A stretch of 63,971 nt of DNA, counting the filler, from Kipferlia bialata (taxonomy: Eukaryota): assembly GCA_003568945.1 (NCBI GenBank). It is 3 parts of 2 records of this genome, joined end to end, with 100 filler letters (N's around TTAATTAATTAA, not from the genome) between each part and the next. Parts side by side here need not be neighbours in the genome. Positions count along the whole stretch, not along the records: positions 10,852 to 35,436 come from BDIP01000044.1; positions 35,537 to 63,971 come from BDIP01000050.1; 1 more part is not named here. One strand, given 5' to 3'. Shown one piece after another: positions 23,701-37,063 of the stretch (position 1 is its first letter; each line of letters opens with the position of its first letter). Position numbers and translations under genes: made by a program. Below the pieces are notes generated by a model. That model searched no databases, was not told the origin of the DNA, and was given only the letters and a program-made list of their open reading frames with translations.

Positions 23701-26700
23701 GCAATGCGAGGGGGCACCACACGGTCTGTGGCAATGTCTGTCCTGCTGAACTTGTTAGTCACATGGGCAGCGGCGTTACCAAGCTCTCTGATGACCTCGC
23801 TGACCCACTTGTCGACCACAGCACGCAGGATGGGGCCAACCAGGCCCATGGACTCAGGCAGGGCCCTGACAGCCAGGAGCAGGGTGTCCAGGACGTGTGC
23901 ACGGAGGGGGTGCAGCAGAGAGGCAGCACAGAGGGAGGATGCAAACACGTACACAAAGTTGGTACGGATGGTCTGCAGCCGAGGGTCGTTGCCCTGCACC
24001 ACCCCATCTACGGTGGACACGGCCACTGCAGCTGCGCGGTCGAGGGCGGGCTCTCCCATCCTAAGTGCATCCACCTTGAGGCGCTCGAGGGCCCTGAGGA
24101 GGCCGGGGTTGGCGAGGAGGAAGGCAGACACGTACATGTCGGGCACAAAGTGGGACTCCTTCTCGGTGGTGCCAGAGGCAGGGCCAAACCCATTCAGCAT
24201 GAGGGCTGGGTTCTGGGTGACGATGGAGGGGAGCACCACGTCGATGGAGCCCGGGGTGGCCTGGGACAACACAATGCCGGTGGAGTGGGGGGAGAGGGCC
24301 TCGGGCTCCTCCTGCTCCTGACGGGCCATGGGCACGGCGGGGAAGTCCTGGCCCTGGGGGGAGCGCACTGGCTTGGGAGTGAAGGAGACCCTGGGCTCAG
24401 CGGGCACAGCTGCCTCGTCTGCAGCACTCTGGCTGAACACACTCAGCTCAGGCACCTGTACGTGGCTGGGAGTGAGAGGGGGTATGCAGGTGTGTGTCAC
24501 ACTGAATGAGACTGCATTGTTCCTATAGTACTGGCCAATACCTGCGGCGTGGGGTGTGGACTGCCTTGGGGACGCCCTCGTTCTTGGCGGCCTCAATCTC
24601 CTGGGCAACGTCCTGGGGTGAGACAGGGAACTAAAAGAATCACTAAAGTATGTGTACTCAGTGTATATCCACTGCCCATCTGCCCTACCTTCCTCCTGCC
24701 CTCCATGACCTCCTCGTCGTGGGCGTGCTTCTCCTGGGCAGTGCTGAGCCCCTTCATCTCGCTCTTGATGAGGTTGATGTCGCACACCATGGCCCAGTGA
24801 GTCTTGGAGTCAGTCTCCGGGTACTTCTGCCTCACCCTCTTGATGGCGGCCTCCATCCTCGACACCACGTCCAGCACCCAGCTGGAGGTGGGCCGGATGA
24901 TCTTGTTCTCCTTGCCTTGCAGCAGTAGGTGCTTGGCAAAGATGACAACAAGGGCCAGCCTAGGGGGAGTTGCGTTCTCAGACCTCTCGATCAGCATGGG
25001 GAGGTCCAGCTCGTCTCTGAACACAGGCCTGTCCCTTCTGATGATGGACACACTCAGCCACGTGGCAATCTGGTGGAGCCTCTTGGTGACCTGTGCCTCT
25101 ACATCACTGGCGGCCTCTCTCCTCCGCCTGTCCGCCTTAGTCTTCTTGTCCTCAGACCCCTTGGCCTTGAGGCTCTCCCCAAAGGCATCGCTGAACATGA
25201 CATCAATGCATGCACTTAGAACGTCGAAGGTCACACCACGCACAACGCGAGAGAAGGGGAGCATGAGGGACTGGTCTGACTTCTGCCACGTGCCCAGCCT
25301 GCCCAGCAGGTGCTGGGGGAGGGGGAGCTCGGATGAGAGGTCGCCCAGGGAGGCCGACCCCATGTTGTCGATGAGCGACAGGAGCTGGGGGTGGTGGTTG
25401 GCCTGGGGTAGCAGACGCATGTCGAGCAGCTCCTCGGCAAGGAGCACCCAGTACTGGGGGGGGATCAGGGTGAAGAGGTCCCGGGCCTTGCTACCTGCGT
25501 TGTCGGGGGTCAGCTGGTTGAGTGTCTGCCTGACCTGGGTCAGCTTTGATGCCGACAGCACCCCCTGCAGCTTGGGTCTCTGCTCCACAGGCATGGCCCT
25601 CTCTGCCTCAGCAGCCACCAGGGCCAGGGCAGAGGCATTCAGGGCATGGCTGGGGAGGAGACACAGCATGCGCGTCTGCAGGTTGTCGGAGTCCCTGTCC
25701 GGCACGTCCCTGCCTATCAGGCTGTGGAGGGTGAACACAAGGCCGGTGTCAGCCTTGACACAGGACAGACGCAGCAGAGAGTTGACATAGCCGCGTGCCT
25801 CAGTGAAGCGGTAGGGCCTGGGGGCCACGGATGCCTGGGCCTTCTCCCTGCGCTGCTGGAAGAGGGCAGCACTGGCCAGCTGTCTCAGCAGACGCACACC
25901 CCTGCCCACGGTCTGGTCCTGTGCAGTCAGGAAGGCATACATGTGGCTGAGGTACATTCCCACGGATGGGGGGGTGAGGAGTGACCGGATGTAGAAGGCA
26001 CCCAGCATCTCTGCCATCGACTGGTCCACCTCATCCGACCATGCGTTCTGCTCCTCGGCCTCCAGGGCATTGGAGGGCCACTCCGCCATGATCTGCAGGA
26101 TCTGCAGGTTGAGGCCCGTGCGGTACTTGTTGAGGGCCAGCCTGGCCTGGTCGGTGTCTGCATCCCCTCCCTCACTCTCTGTGTCCATCTGCAGCTGGGA
26201 CTGGGCCCTCTGCACCGCCTCCTCCACAGACAGACCGTCGTCTAGCAGGGCAGCGCAGATGTCGTCTGTGGACTGCAGCACCGCCTCCAGCTCCTTGGCA
26301 GCCAGGTCCGCCCTCTGCCTCTGCTGCAGTATGGTGGCCACCTGCCCGTCCTGACTCAGGATACGCTGGGTCAGACCTGTGTAGAGCAGGGCGGTGGTGG
26401 TGTCGTTGGCGGCGGCAAGGGACGCCAGACAGTGACCGGAGTGGGGCTCCAGCACCCTCCATATGTCAGCAACGTGGGTGGGGCTGAGCTGCACAGAGTG
26501 TGGGGTGGGCTCGAAGAGCTTGCCCAGCTCAATCACATCTCTGGGCAGGATGGTCTCCAGCTGCTGGGGAGAGAAGAGGCGCTTGGCCAGGAACATGAGC
26601 ACCGACTTGAAGAAGGCCTCGCCGTCCAGCACTATGCGCTGGCCAATGACCAGACCGATGTCGGCCAGGCCGTTCTCTGCAGCCACCAGGGTGGCCTCGA

Positions 26701-29599
26701 GGGCAAAGGGCACGAACTCATTGTTGACCAGGGACCCCACCACTCCAATGTCACTGGCCAGAGAGACCAGGACAGGGAGGCCGCTGGGGGACATGCGGTA
26801 CACGACACAGAAGCCTCCTGGGAGGAAGGCGGGGGCCCTCTCTCTGAATGTGAGAATAGATTATAACAAAACCGCCTTAAAACTTAACAACAACAAGACC
26901 CCCGTACCTGATGAAACCAAGCACAGCCTTGACAGCCTCAGCTGTGGCAAGGGCCACGTGCTCTCCGCCCCTAGCTGCCTGGTCCTTGGCCCTCTGCAGC
27001 ATGTAGGACACGTGGTGCTGCAGGATGGCCTGCACGCACTGCTCCCCTATCTGCCTCAGCAGCTTCTGACCCTCAACGTCGAGGTCGTCTGTCAGCCTAG
27101 TACCGTCATTGGGTACACAGGATGCCAGTGTGACAGCCAGCTGCATGGGAACCTGAGAGTAAGGGACAGTAGTCAGAGAAAGAGAGAGAGGAAGGGGGTA
27201 TAGTTAGAGACAGGAACAGTATTCAAAGACATGTACCTGCCGGATCAGCTTGTGGAAGATCTTGTGCACGGCGCTGTCCTTAGACACACCAGGTGTCACA
27301 CCCATGCGGAGCAGAGCCCTAACCAGAGGACTGCAACGCCAGAGGAAGGTGAGGTGGGTGAACCGGGGGGGCAGGGCGATGCCGTTACACACGGCCTGTG
27401 CGGCATCGGAGAGGGACATCTCCGTGTCCTCCTCTGCTACACCCTCGGCAAGCACCTCCCCTGCTGCGGCCCTGCGCTCTCTCTCCACGAGCATCAGGAC
27501 GGAGGGGGCGAACTCGGACACACCTGTACAGTCGAGGGCCTCAGCCACCACCTTGATCCTCTCCAGTCTGGTGTGGATGCCGGTCAGGTCCCTCTGCCCT
27601 GCCACCTGGTCGATGGCTATGGCTATGTGCTGGGTCAGCTGGATCACGGCAATCAGCAGCTTCATCTGGGCGTCTGCGTTGGCAAAGGGCAGGAACAGAG
27701 CATCCAGGGGGAACCGGCCAGTCTCTGGCTCCTGGGGGGCTGTCTCAGGGCTCTGGCTGTGCTTGGCCCTCTCCTGGGCGATCTTCTGCCTGGTGGCCGA
27801 GGAGGCGAAGAACACGTTCACCATGAACTCGACCCCCTCCTCCATGTGCTGCACAGTGCCCTCGGGGGGGAAGAGGCCGGGCCTGTCGAGCTGGGCCACG
27901 ACCTGGGACCAGTCGATGCGGTACCCGGCATGCATCTCGTGCACAGCCAGGATGACGCCGAGGTCGGCACTGAAGGGGTCGGCCAGGAGGTCGGGTCTGC
28001 GCCTGATCTGGTTGCCATCGTTCTCTGCAATCTGGTCAATCACGTGCTGGGGGAAGGACATCTGCCTGGCGATGCTGACTGCCGTCTCGCTGACCTGTCT
28101 GCTCTTGGGCCAGTGCAGACACACGGCATGCAGCATGTCAGACACCACAGAGGCGGCGATGGGCTGCAGGTTGAACTGGTTGTACTCCCTCAACACAGCC
28201 TGGGTGAGGGGGGGAGAGGTAAAGGGGGATAGAACGACATAACTCCTACAATGATAGCGGCAATCACTCACCTGCAGGAGAGGCCTCGTGAGGGCTGGTC
28301 CGTGCATCTCCACCAGCCTCACCAGCACCTCGGCTGAGGGCTTCTCAGCTGTGTGGGCAACTGCAGGCTGGGCAGCACCTAAGGGTGAGAACAGGATAAG
28401 AGAGAGAGAGAAATACAGGGGGGGGGAGGGGGGATGCGTGACCATCCATGGATATTTCTCACCTCTGTTGTATGAGGCAGCATCGGGTACCATGCCGTAG
28501 GGGGATGGAGTCATCCTGCGTATCAGACTCGAAGAGATGAGTATCACACGGAATTCCAACAGCACTTCGATATTCCCACTTCGCAGGCAACCCCTACCTG
28601 TGGGGGTGTACTGCGTATGGGGCCTGACTGTAGTCCATAGGGACCTGGCCTGACAGTGAGAAAAAAGACTGATTGAGATGGAAGGGACAACAAAGAGGCA
28701 TAGTACAGTGTACATCCCACTCACCCTGCTGGGGCTGCCTCTGGGGCTGTGTCAGGGGTGCCCTAGCCTGGCCCTGGCCCTGGTGTTGCCGGTGGCGCTT
28801 GAATGCCTAAGAGTTAGGAGAAGTAAATACAACTCACATATACACACACATGCTCCTTCACATTGAGCTAACCAAGCACAATGTATGTGCCGTTTTCCCC
28901 ACACACACATATATATATATACATATATACACACACACATATATATATATATATATACCTGGAGGGCATTGAGGGCCGGTGCACTCAGGTCCTGAGGGTT
29001 GGAGGCCTGGGAGTGGGCCACACGCATGAGAAGCTCCTTCGCTGGGTACGATATGGGCTGCTCTGGGCTGTTGGCCAGGTAGTACAACGACACGATCTGC
29101 AGCGAGGGCGTGAGGTTGATGAGCACCGTCTGGATGGCCCTGCCCATGATCTCAATCACCCTCCGGTCCAGCTGGGCAGTCGGCATGTCCTTGCCACGCT
29201 GCTGGTACTGCTTCTGGGACTGCAAGGCCGCACGCCTCGCAGACATGTACATCCCCTCCATACCGGCCCTCAGCAACTCTCCACAGGGCTCCACAGACAC
29301 AAACTCTGTCACCATGTATTCAAGCACAGTGCGCAGACGCTGCTGTGCTGGAGACCTCTTCAGGAAGATCAGCTCCATGATCAGCTGAACAACAATCTGG
29401 AACACACCCACATTCTGTCTGATCATCTGAGGGTGAGAGGGAGAGGGAGAGAAGAGTCTCATTGACAACACACCTGGTGGAGTGACCCGAGAACGGCTTT
29501 GTATTCCGTCTCATTAACCTCTTTCCTGGTCAGGGACACCAGAAGCTGACTAACATGATTGCTGATGTTGGTCACACTATGCTGGTGAGGCCTTTCCAT
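20712..29599 (-). CDS. CNOT1: CCR4-NOT complex scaffold subunit NOT1 (divergent)
   Basis: C-terminal hallmark LSDEGRYLLMSGLCNELRYPN...REIIVRVVVERGSTMEPRPWALRVT, LRTDYPMFL and IRNIVLSAVP; MIF4G-like LNQLTPDN; IDWSQVVAQLDRPG. ATG at 29599 (MERPHQ...VSQLLVSLTRK), first exon 29474-29599, very long 3' exons. Confidence 0.92.
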
Positions 29600-29899
29600 T
29601 GCCGCCTATGAACCCTGCTTCCTAGGGTTCTCCAAAGAGGAAGTCAAAAACCAAGACCAGCTCCAGACTCTTTCCTATAAGAATGGGGATAGTAGAAGGT
29701 CAACCGCTATCGAATCTGTCCGAAAAGTCTTAAAACTCTCTCTCTGTCCTGTCTAGGTTCGGTGAGGGAGCGAGAATAGGATAGCTATCAGCATCAGCAT
29801 TGGACGTTAGAAGAACCCCTTATCCAAAAACTTCGAGCATGATGATCCCCAGACTCAGCAATCAGTCTTCTCTGAGTGTGCTTGTGGCACTTCAACGCA
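29600..29899. promoter_or_regulatory. Putative bidirectional promoter between NOT1 and NLE1
   Basis: Only 300 nt separate the two divergent start codons. Confidence 0.55.
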
Positions 29900-32504
29900 A
29901 TGGTGAATCTTGTTATTCGGCTAGTTTCGGAAGAAGGTGTTGATGCTGGTACCACCGTGGATATCAGCGAGAATGTGACTCCTCAGGAGTTGAACATTGT
30001 GCTCAACTCTCTGAAGGATGAGGAGGAGCCGAGGCCATATTCCTTCTATCTGCAGGATACAGAGATCACCTCCACTCTGGCTAGTGCTGTCAAGAGCAGT
30101 ATGACCGCAGATGGCGCTCAGATGGCCACAGAGCAGACTCTTACTATCCAGTACAAGCCACAGGTTGGATACACATATCTTTTCATGACCAACAGTATTT
30201 TCAATTGAACACACTCACGCAGGCAGTATTCAGGGTCAGACCTGTGGGAAGGCTTGCTTGTGACCTGCCAGGACACAAGGTACTATATGGTATGACTATT
30301 CAGTGTATGTATGGTTGGCCCAATCTTACATATCTGTTGTATCCAAGTCTCACCCCTAGGATGCAGTGCTGTGCGTTGCTGTGTCCCCTAGTGGTCGGCT
30401 TGCCGCGTCTGGGTCTGGTGACAAGACCATCATTGTGTGGGACTTGCTCAGTGGCACTCCAAAGTGAGTTGTGTGGCGTATCTATGACACTCCATATGTG
30501 CATAGCAGTTGTACCCATCGGGAGATGTTGCTATACACCTACCCGTAACTGTGGAAGCCCCCCCCCTCCCCCCCCGTATTTTCCTCCACTCCCCTAACCG
30601 TATCACTTCTGTTCGTTGTAGTTATCTGACAGTCCGTCTTACCCTTCAGGTACACTCTGCGTGGCCACCGCAGTCACGTGCTGAGGCTGTCCTTCAGCCC
30701 TGATGGCACCCGCCTTGCCTCAGGATCCAGAGACGCAGAGGTCAGGTATGACTCAGTGATGAGTATCCTGATAGTATGGCTGGAAGTGTCTGTGCACTAT
30801 TCCCTCTCTAAATCTACCATCGTCTCACCTCTTCAGGATCTGGGACCCTATCAACAACAAGCCCCTCCTGACCAAGCCCCTGAAGGGTCACAAGCAGGTG
30901 GGGAGGGTGTTCTTACATATGTGGGAGGTGTTTAACCTTGGAGTACTCTTAACTGTATCCTGACCCCAGTTTGTGTCCTCTATGGCATGGTGTCCCTACA
31001 ATGTGGACCCTCAGTGCCGCAAGCTGGTGACTGGCTCCAAGGACGGGTCTGCCAGGATATGGGACGTGGTGACAGGTATACCACCTTCATAGTCATGGGT
31101 ATCCTATATCACTGCGTATTCCCCCCTCACACGCAGGCCGGTGCCTCATGATTCTTGCTGGTCACTCCAAGTGTGTCACAGATGTGGCCTGGGGTGGAAC
31201 TGACAGGGTGTACACATCCTCAGAGGACAGGTGGGTGGCCCGGGCCAGACACACTATTACCATAATCAATGACTCATGATTCTTCATGATTGTTGTTGTT
31301 CGTCCATGGCATGAATACCACCCCCAGGACTGTGCGTGTGTGGGACCCCAACACAGGCCTCAAGCTGATGACCCTCACAGGCCACGGCCACTGGGTCAAC
31401 GCCCTGTGCCTCAGCACCCACCACGTGCTGCAGCAGGTGGGGTAGATGTGCATATATGTATGTAGATATAGACACGGTATTGGCGTTGCAGTTTCCCATC
31501 CTCTCTCTGGAGTGACTGACTGTCAGGGTGCCTTCCACAGAGGCAGGAAGGACGTTGGGGAGGGAGAGACCCTATCTCCCGAGGAGCATGCCAGGAGGGA
31601 GAGGGGCAAGATGCTGTCCACGGCCCAGGAGAGGTAGGGGAATCTGGGAAACGCTGGTGGTACTCTGAGTGAATATGTCATTCTTTCTCTTCTGACCGTT
31701 CAGGTATGCAGCCGTTGCCGGTAGTGAGGGAGAGAGGGAGTCTGTTGTGACATGCTCTGATGACATGACCCTGCACCTCTACAGGCCTGTCACCAATGGA
31801 GTTGAGCCTGTGGCCAGGTAGGGAGGTTGATATATATATATGTATAATACTCCCCCCTGTCTCACCCTGTAGGATGACTGGCCACCAGCAGTTGGTGTGC
31901 CACGTTGCCGTGTCTCCTGATGGAGAGTACATTGCATCCGCCGGATTCGATAACGTGAGTATTCTATATTCCAATGAGTAGCATTATGCAACACCTATAC
32001 CTCTCCTTTCTCCTACTCTCCTCACTGTAGGCCGTGCGTCTGTGGAGTGGCAGGACGGGCAAGTTCGTGGGGACCCTCAGGGGGCACGTCGGGAGGGTGT
32101 ACAGGTGGGTGGTACTGCTGATACTGATACCACTGAGTGTATATAGACTGCTCTCATTTGGCACTCATCGTCAGGGTTGCCTTTAGCCCTGACTCCCGGC
32201 TCCTCATATCCTGTTCCTCGGACTCTACCGCCAAGGTGTGTATGTATGCGTACGAAGTATTGAATATAGAGATAGAGGGGTATGAGTGAGTACCATATGC
32301 CCCTGACCCCCAGGTGTGGAACGTGGCCAAGGGCAAGCTGGCCAAGGACCTGCCCGGCCATGCCGACGAGGTGTATGATGTGGCCTGGTCTGGCGATGGA
32401 GGCACAGTGCTCACGTGCAGCAAGGTATGGACATGGTATGTGTACTCATTGACTAGTGTATCCCCTCACCCCAGGACAAGCTGGTCAAGGTGTGGAGGCA
32501 CTGA
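29900..32504 (+). CDS. NLE1: Notchless/Rsa4 (NLE domain + WD40 repeats), 60S ribosome biogenesis factor
   Basis: MVNLVIRLVSEEG...ELNIVLNSL...PYSFY...EQTLTIQYKPQ|AVFRVRPV...LPGH; later RMTGHQQLV..VAVSPDGEYIASAGFD, LRGHVGRVY, VWNVAKGKLAKDLPGHADEVY, DKLVKVWRH*. Many short GT-AG introns. Confidence 0.95.
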
Positions 32505-32799
32505 GGTGACAATGTGTATGGTTGATGGTTGTGTTGTTCTTTCGTGACGTGTGTTGAATTTGTTTTACTCGTGGGCACAGACTCTTTTGTTAATAGATTC
32601 CAGAGCTGCAGAGATAATAATTACTTCAACTGTACATGCAGATATGCAGCATATACTTGCCAACCTCTCAGAGTGTATTGACTAGACAACCTTTACTGAT
32701 ACACGCTGGGCATCAAACACCCGAGCAAACTAACGAAACACAAACAATCGAATACACATCCCAGTCAAAACAGCATACATACAACGCACGGCGCCCCCC

Positions 32800-34820
32800 C
32801 TAGAGGGTCCCTGCCACCCATGCCTCCAGGGCCTGGACCCAGTGCTCGGCCTCGGTCTGGGAGTCGGCCTCGAGGTCGAGGGTCCTCTCCCCAGAGACTA
32901 GGGAGAAGGACATGGCCTCGTGACCAGGCTTGCCACTGTTTCTGGCAAACACGGCAGTGGTCTGGCCACGCACAACAGCAGTGATAGAGGAACGCTCCAG
33001 GTTGTCGCGCCACTTCTTCTTGGCGGGGTCCCTCCACCTGATGCAGGACAGGTCGCCCTTGACCTCGATCATCCTGCCGTTGGGGGAGCCTCTCTTGCCG
33101 TGCTTCAGCAGCACAGCCCCGGTCAGCAGACGGGCCTTGCGGGCGTCGGCTGCCTCCGGTACATACTCAACAGGGGGGGCAGGGGGGGGAACCGCGGCGG
33201 TGGCGTCGGCAGTGATCTTCTTGCGTCTCTTCTCCTTGCGCTCCCTCTTCTTACGCGCCTTCTCATCCTCCACAGGGGCCTCACCCTCAGCAGGGGGTGG
33301 GCTCTTGTCCCTGGACCTTCTGCTCTTACCCTCCTTCTTCCCCTTGGCCTCTCTCTCCTTGTCACGCTCGGCCTTCCTGGCTGCTCTCTCTCTCTCCCTC
33401 TCTGCCTCCCTCTCTGCCTTCCTGGCGGCCCTCTCTGCCTCCTTTTGCAGTCTCTCTGCCTCCTCTGCCTGGGCTGTGGCCAGTACCGCCAGCATACGGG
33501 CACGGGCATTGGCCACGACCTGCCCCCTCACCACAGCCTGCTGGGCCCTGGCCTTGGCCTCTACGTGCAGGGAGGCAAGCACAACCTCAGCAGCATCGTG
33601 CACAGGGTCAGCAGCCTCTACCACTGCCTCTACCACTGCCTCTGCCTCTGCCTTTGGCTCTTCCTGCTGTGTCTCAGTCTCCACGGGGACAACCTCCTCC
33701 ACAGTCTCTGGGGATGCATCCTTGGCCTCTGAGGACTCATCGTCACTACCCACCACAGCCTCTACAACATCCTCCAGGACGTCAAGAAGGGTGCGCTTCT
33801 TATCCTCACCCTCCTCTGCCTCTGCCTCAACCTCTGCCCCCTCCCCGGCCTCTGCCTCAGGCTCGGGTATCACGATCTCCTGTGACAGCACTGTGGCGAG
33901 TGACACCCCCTGGGCCATCTCCCTCTCCACCTCGGTGCAGACAGCCTCGTACTGGCCCTGCTCCCTGTCGGCCTTGGCCATCAGAGGGGCATACAGGTCC
34001 TCGATGCGGGACCTCAGGTTCTGAGCCATGGTGTCCACCTCCCTCTGCCTCTCTGCCTCAAAGTCTGCCACTATGCCAGTCTGCTTGGCTGTGAACCGGT
34101 CGTCCAGTTCCCTCTCCACAGACTGGGTGAGGACAAGGGGAGGGTATTACTATCATATGGAACAATAGTCAGAGTAGGAGAGAGGAGAGAGGACACACGG
34201 CAGGTATATAGTGTTGCCTCAAGATACCGTGCCACTGGGTTGGACATATGGCCACACACAAAACCATATATATAGACAGTAACGCTACCTTCTTTGCCTC
34301 AGCCAACTTTGACTCATACACCTCAAAAGAGCGGTACATCTCCACTCTCTCCTGATCAATGAGGGCCCTCCTGTCAAATTCCCTCTCAAAGAGAGCACAG
34401 AATGCGTTCTGACAGTTGACAAAGCAGGTGGCAACGTAGTTCAGCTCTGCAGTCTCTGCCTTGATCTCTTCCCGAAGCTCCTTCTCTCTACGCTCCAGGT
34501 CCTCGCGATCCCGCTCCTCCTCCATTTGGGAAACACGGGCACGGAACTCCTCCTGTGTTCTGCGCTCGCGGGACTCCTTGAGTCGCTGCCTTCTGTTTCT
34601 CTAGGAGTCAGACATTGGAATATGGGGGACAGTTAAGGACAGCCACAACATACAGCATCACTCCCTACAAACAGCACAGACCAATTAGCAAACTAGGACA
34701 TCCTATAACTCCTCTCCTACGACATGGGATGAGAAAGAAACATCAAAAGCCCACCTGCTTCTCCCTCTTCTTCAACAGCCTGCGAGCTTCACTAAAATCC
34801 TGTCCCTCCATGGTTTCCAT
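32800..34820 (-). CDS. Coiled-coil protein with C-terminal PH domain (PLC/PRAF-type PH)
   Basis: Three exons (about 34754-34820, 34289-34600, 32800-34122). Charged coiled-coil followed by LLKHGKRGSP...IRWR...ITAVVRGQTTAVF...SFSLVSGERTLDLEADSQTEAEHWVQAL. Confidence 0.8.
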
Positions 34821-35062
34821 CTTCTGCGTTGCATCTAACGGGCTCCGAGCCTGGTTGAGGCTCAACATGGGTGAGTCTGGAACGTGAAAAGGAGCAATTC
34901 AGAGCACCGAGCAGCTCAGCCTGGACCCCAATGACCAAGCAAAAACAACTCCGGTCCACAGTCAGTCCCTTCACTTTCCCCTGTGATACGTCTTCAGCAG
35001 TTACACTTTTGTGACTTCCCAGTCGATCTGGTTGCGACAGCCTGTCTGGAAGTGGCTCTCTG

Positions 35063-35249
35063 ATGGCTCCTCACAAGAGAGGACGGAGGGCGGCGAGTCT
35101 GAAGGGCAAGCCCCCTGTTGCCCCAGATGACCACGAGAGTGACGAGCAGATCCTGCCCCCTGTCCATCGGGAGGAAGAGCCTGTGGGGGCACTGCCCATA
35201 GCTGCAGAGATGATCATTCTCTGTTGTGTCAATGAATTCCCCCCATCAG
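35063..35249 (+). CDS. First exon of a hypothetical protein, truncated by the contig end
   Basis: ATG at 35063 (MAPHKRGRRAASLKGKPP...), CAG|GTACTG donor near 35250, divergent from the PH gene. Confidence 0.45.
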
Positions 35250-35387
35250 GTACTGTATCATGTGTCATACTTGATATAGTGTAGTGAGTGCAATCTAACC
35301 TCAAGGCAACCTGAAGCACTTCAACCTGCTAGTACTGAGTAAACTGGCCACTGAGGCAGTCCTTAGTGACATAGGTTCGTTACTGTC

Positions 35388-35436
<49 letters not shown>

Positions 35437-35536
35437 NNNNNNNNNNNNNNNNNNNNNNNNNNNNNNNNNNNNNNNNNNNNTTAATTAATTAANNNNNNNN
35501 NNNNNNNNNNNNNNNNNNNNNNNNNNNNNNNNNNNN
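35437..35536. other. Artificial contig linker (44 N + TTAATTAATTAA + 44 N)
   Basis: Same 100-nt structure as 10752-10851, after a long poly-C run. Confidence 0.97.
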
Positions 35537-35639
35537 GGCAGGGGGGGGGGGGGGGGGGGGGGTTTGGGGGGGGGGGGGGAGAGAGTAAAGTGCAGTCACA
35601 TGGTACACTGGTACGGGTATAGGTATCTACAACCCATAC

Positions 35640-36635
35640 CCGACTGAGCCTGTCCTGACGAGACCGGCACAGAAGTTGGAGGCATTCTTGAAGGAGGCCT
35701 GGGGGTTGGAAGAGAGAGGGCATGAAGTGTAAACGATACTATGCAGTACTCCAATTTAAGTATATGAATGAATGGTAAATATACAGTGGCCACCCACCCT
35801 GACCATCTACCCCAGTATATATATATATATATATGCATACACTGACATACCCTGACCATCCATTCCAGCTTGAACAGCTTGGACTCGGGGGTGGCAGCAC
35901 CCACACACAGCCTGGGGGGAGAGAGAGAGAGAGATATATATATATATATATAGATAGAGAGAGAGGGAGAGAGAGAGGGAGAGAGAGAGTTGTCTCACTT
36001 GAAGTCTGGGGAGAGTGCAGAGAGCTCCTCGGCATACTCCTGCAGGGCGGTGAAGGCCTCAGCGGGGATGGGGGCAGAGCTGACATGAGGGGGGGGGGGG
36101 CAGAGTGGGGGGACAACAGAGGTAGGAGGATAGGATGTTGGGCAGGGGAGAGTGGAGGGAGAGAGAGGGAGAGAGAACCATTCAGTTGTTGAGATGGTTG
36201 GTACCGGTACCGAGTACAGATCAGCTATGACAGATATAACAATAACAATGTAGATCAAGGTCCAGACCATCACAGGTGCTATGAGAGAGGTATAGTGTAA
36301 CACGTGTATCCTAAGTGCGTGAAATCCACAGTACATATACTGATACCGATGGGTTTAGTATTGGAACAATACACGGTACCATATACACACAGCTCAATAC
36401 CACCCCTCACCTGTACTTCCTGGTGCTGTATCTGGTGGCCATGGCGGCAGTCAGCATGTCGGCATCCCTGGGGTGAGGGAGTGAGCATGTCTCTACAGTG
36501 CAAGGGAAGTGAATATGAAATGGCATAGAACAGGTCCTGTTCCAAAACACACAGGTAAGATATGGAGTACACAGAATATCCATGCCTGATGATGATAGGG
36601 AGCACGGCATCGAAGTTGAGGGCAGGGGTGGACAT
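35640..36635 (-). CDS. Hypothetical protein, 5' part only (five exons, 3' truncated at the linker)
   Basis: Phase-consistent exons give MSTPALNFDAVLPIIIR|DADMLTAAMATRYSTRKYS|SAPIPAEAFTALQEYAEELSALSPDFK|LCVGAATPESKLFKLEWM|ASFKNASNFCAGLVRTGSV. This needs a GC-AG first intron. Confidence 0.6.
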
Positions 36636-37063
36636 ATATATAGGTCAGGTGAAGAGAGGGTGAGACAGACAGAGACTTGGATTCGGTGATCAATGATTGA
36701 TTTTGACAATGATGTGACATTTTAAGACTCGATTCCGCAGTCAAACTAGGCCAAGTAGTCAATTCAACATGGCTGGGGCTCCTAGCCTGGGGCAGCTGTG
36801 TATATACGGAATACACGTGGCAATTGAGTCTCAATATTGATTTCTTTCCAGAAACAGAGACCTACATTTGCTGATAGTAGACTCCCCAACATGACATGTA
36901 GTCTATTCTCGATTCAATCCCCTGCAAAGGAGAAACACTGCACACAAAACACACACACACAGCTGGCTGAACACACACACAATGATTCAGCCTCCTGCCA
37001 AAACACTTACGAGGCAAAAGATACTGAATTCATCAGCACTCCCTCTCAGCCTTAGCCATACAC

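Noticed and set aside
27231..34094. Long antisense ORFs (e.g. 27231-28242, 32930-34024; also 18862-19761)
   Set aside because: These are shadow ORFs on the opposite strand of GC-rich coding exons, with no independent protein signal.
35388..35436. Long poly-C/poly-G runs at contig ends (also 10863-10906, 56452-56494, 63919-63971)
   Set aside because: Lengths are unreliable and they mark assembly breaks. The poly-Pro/Gly translations are not credible.
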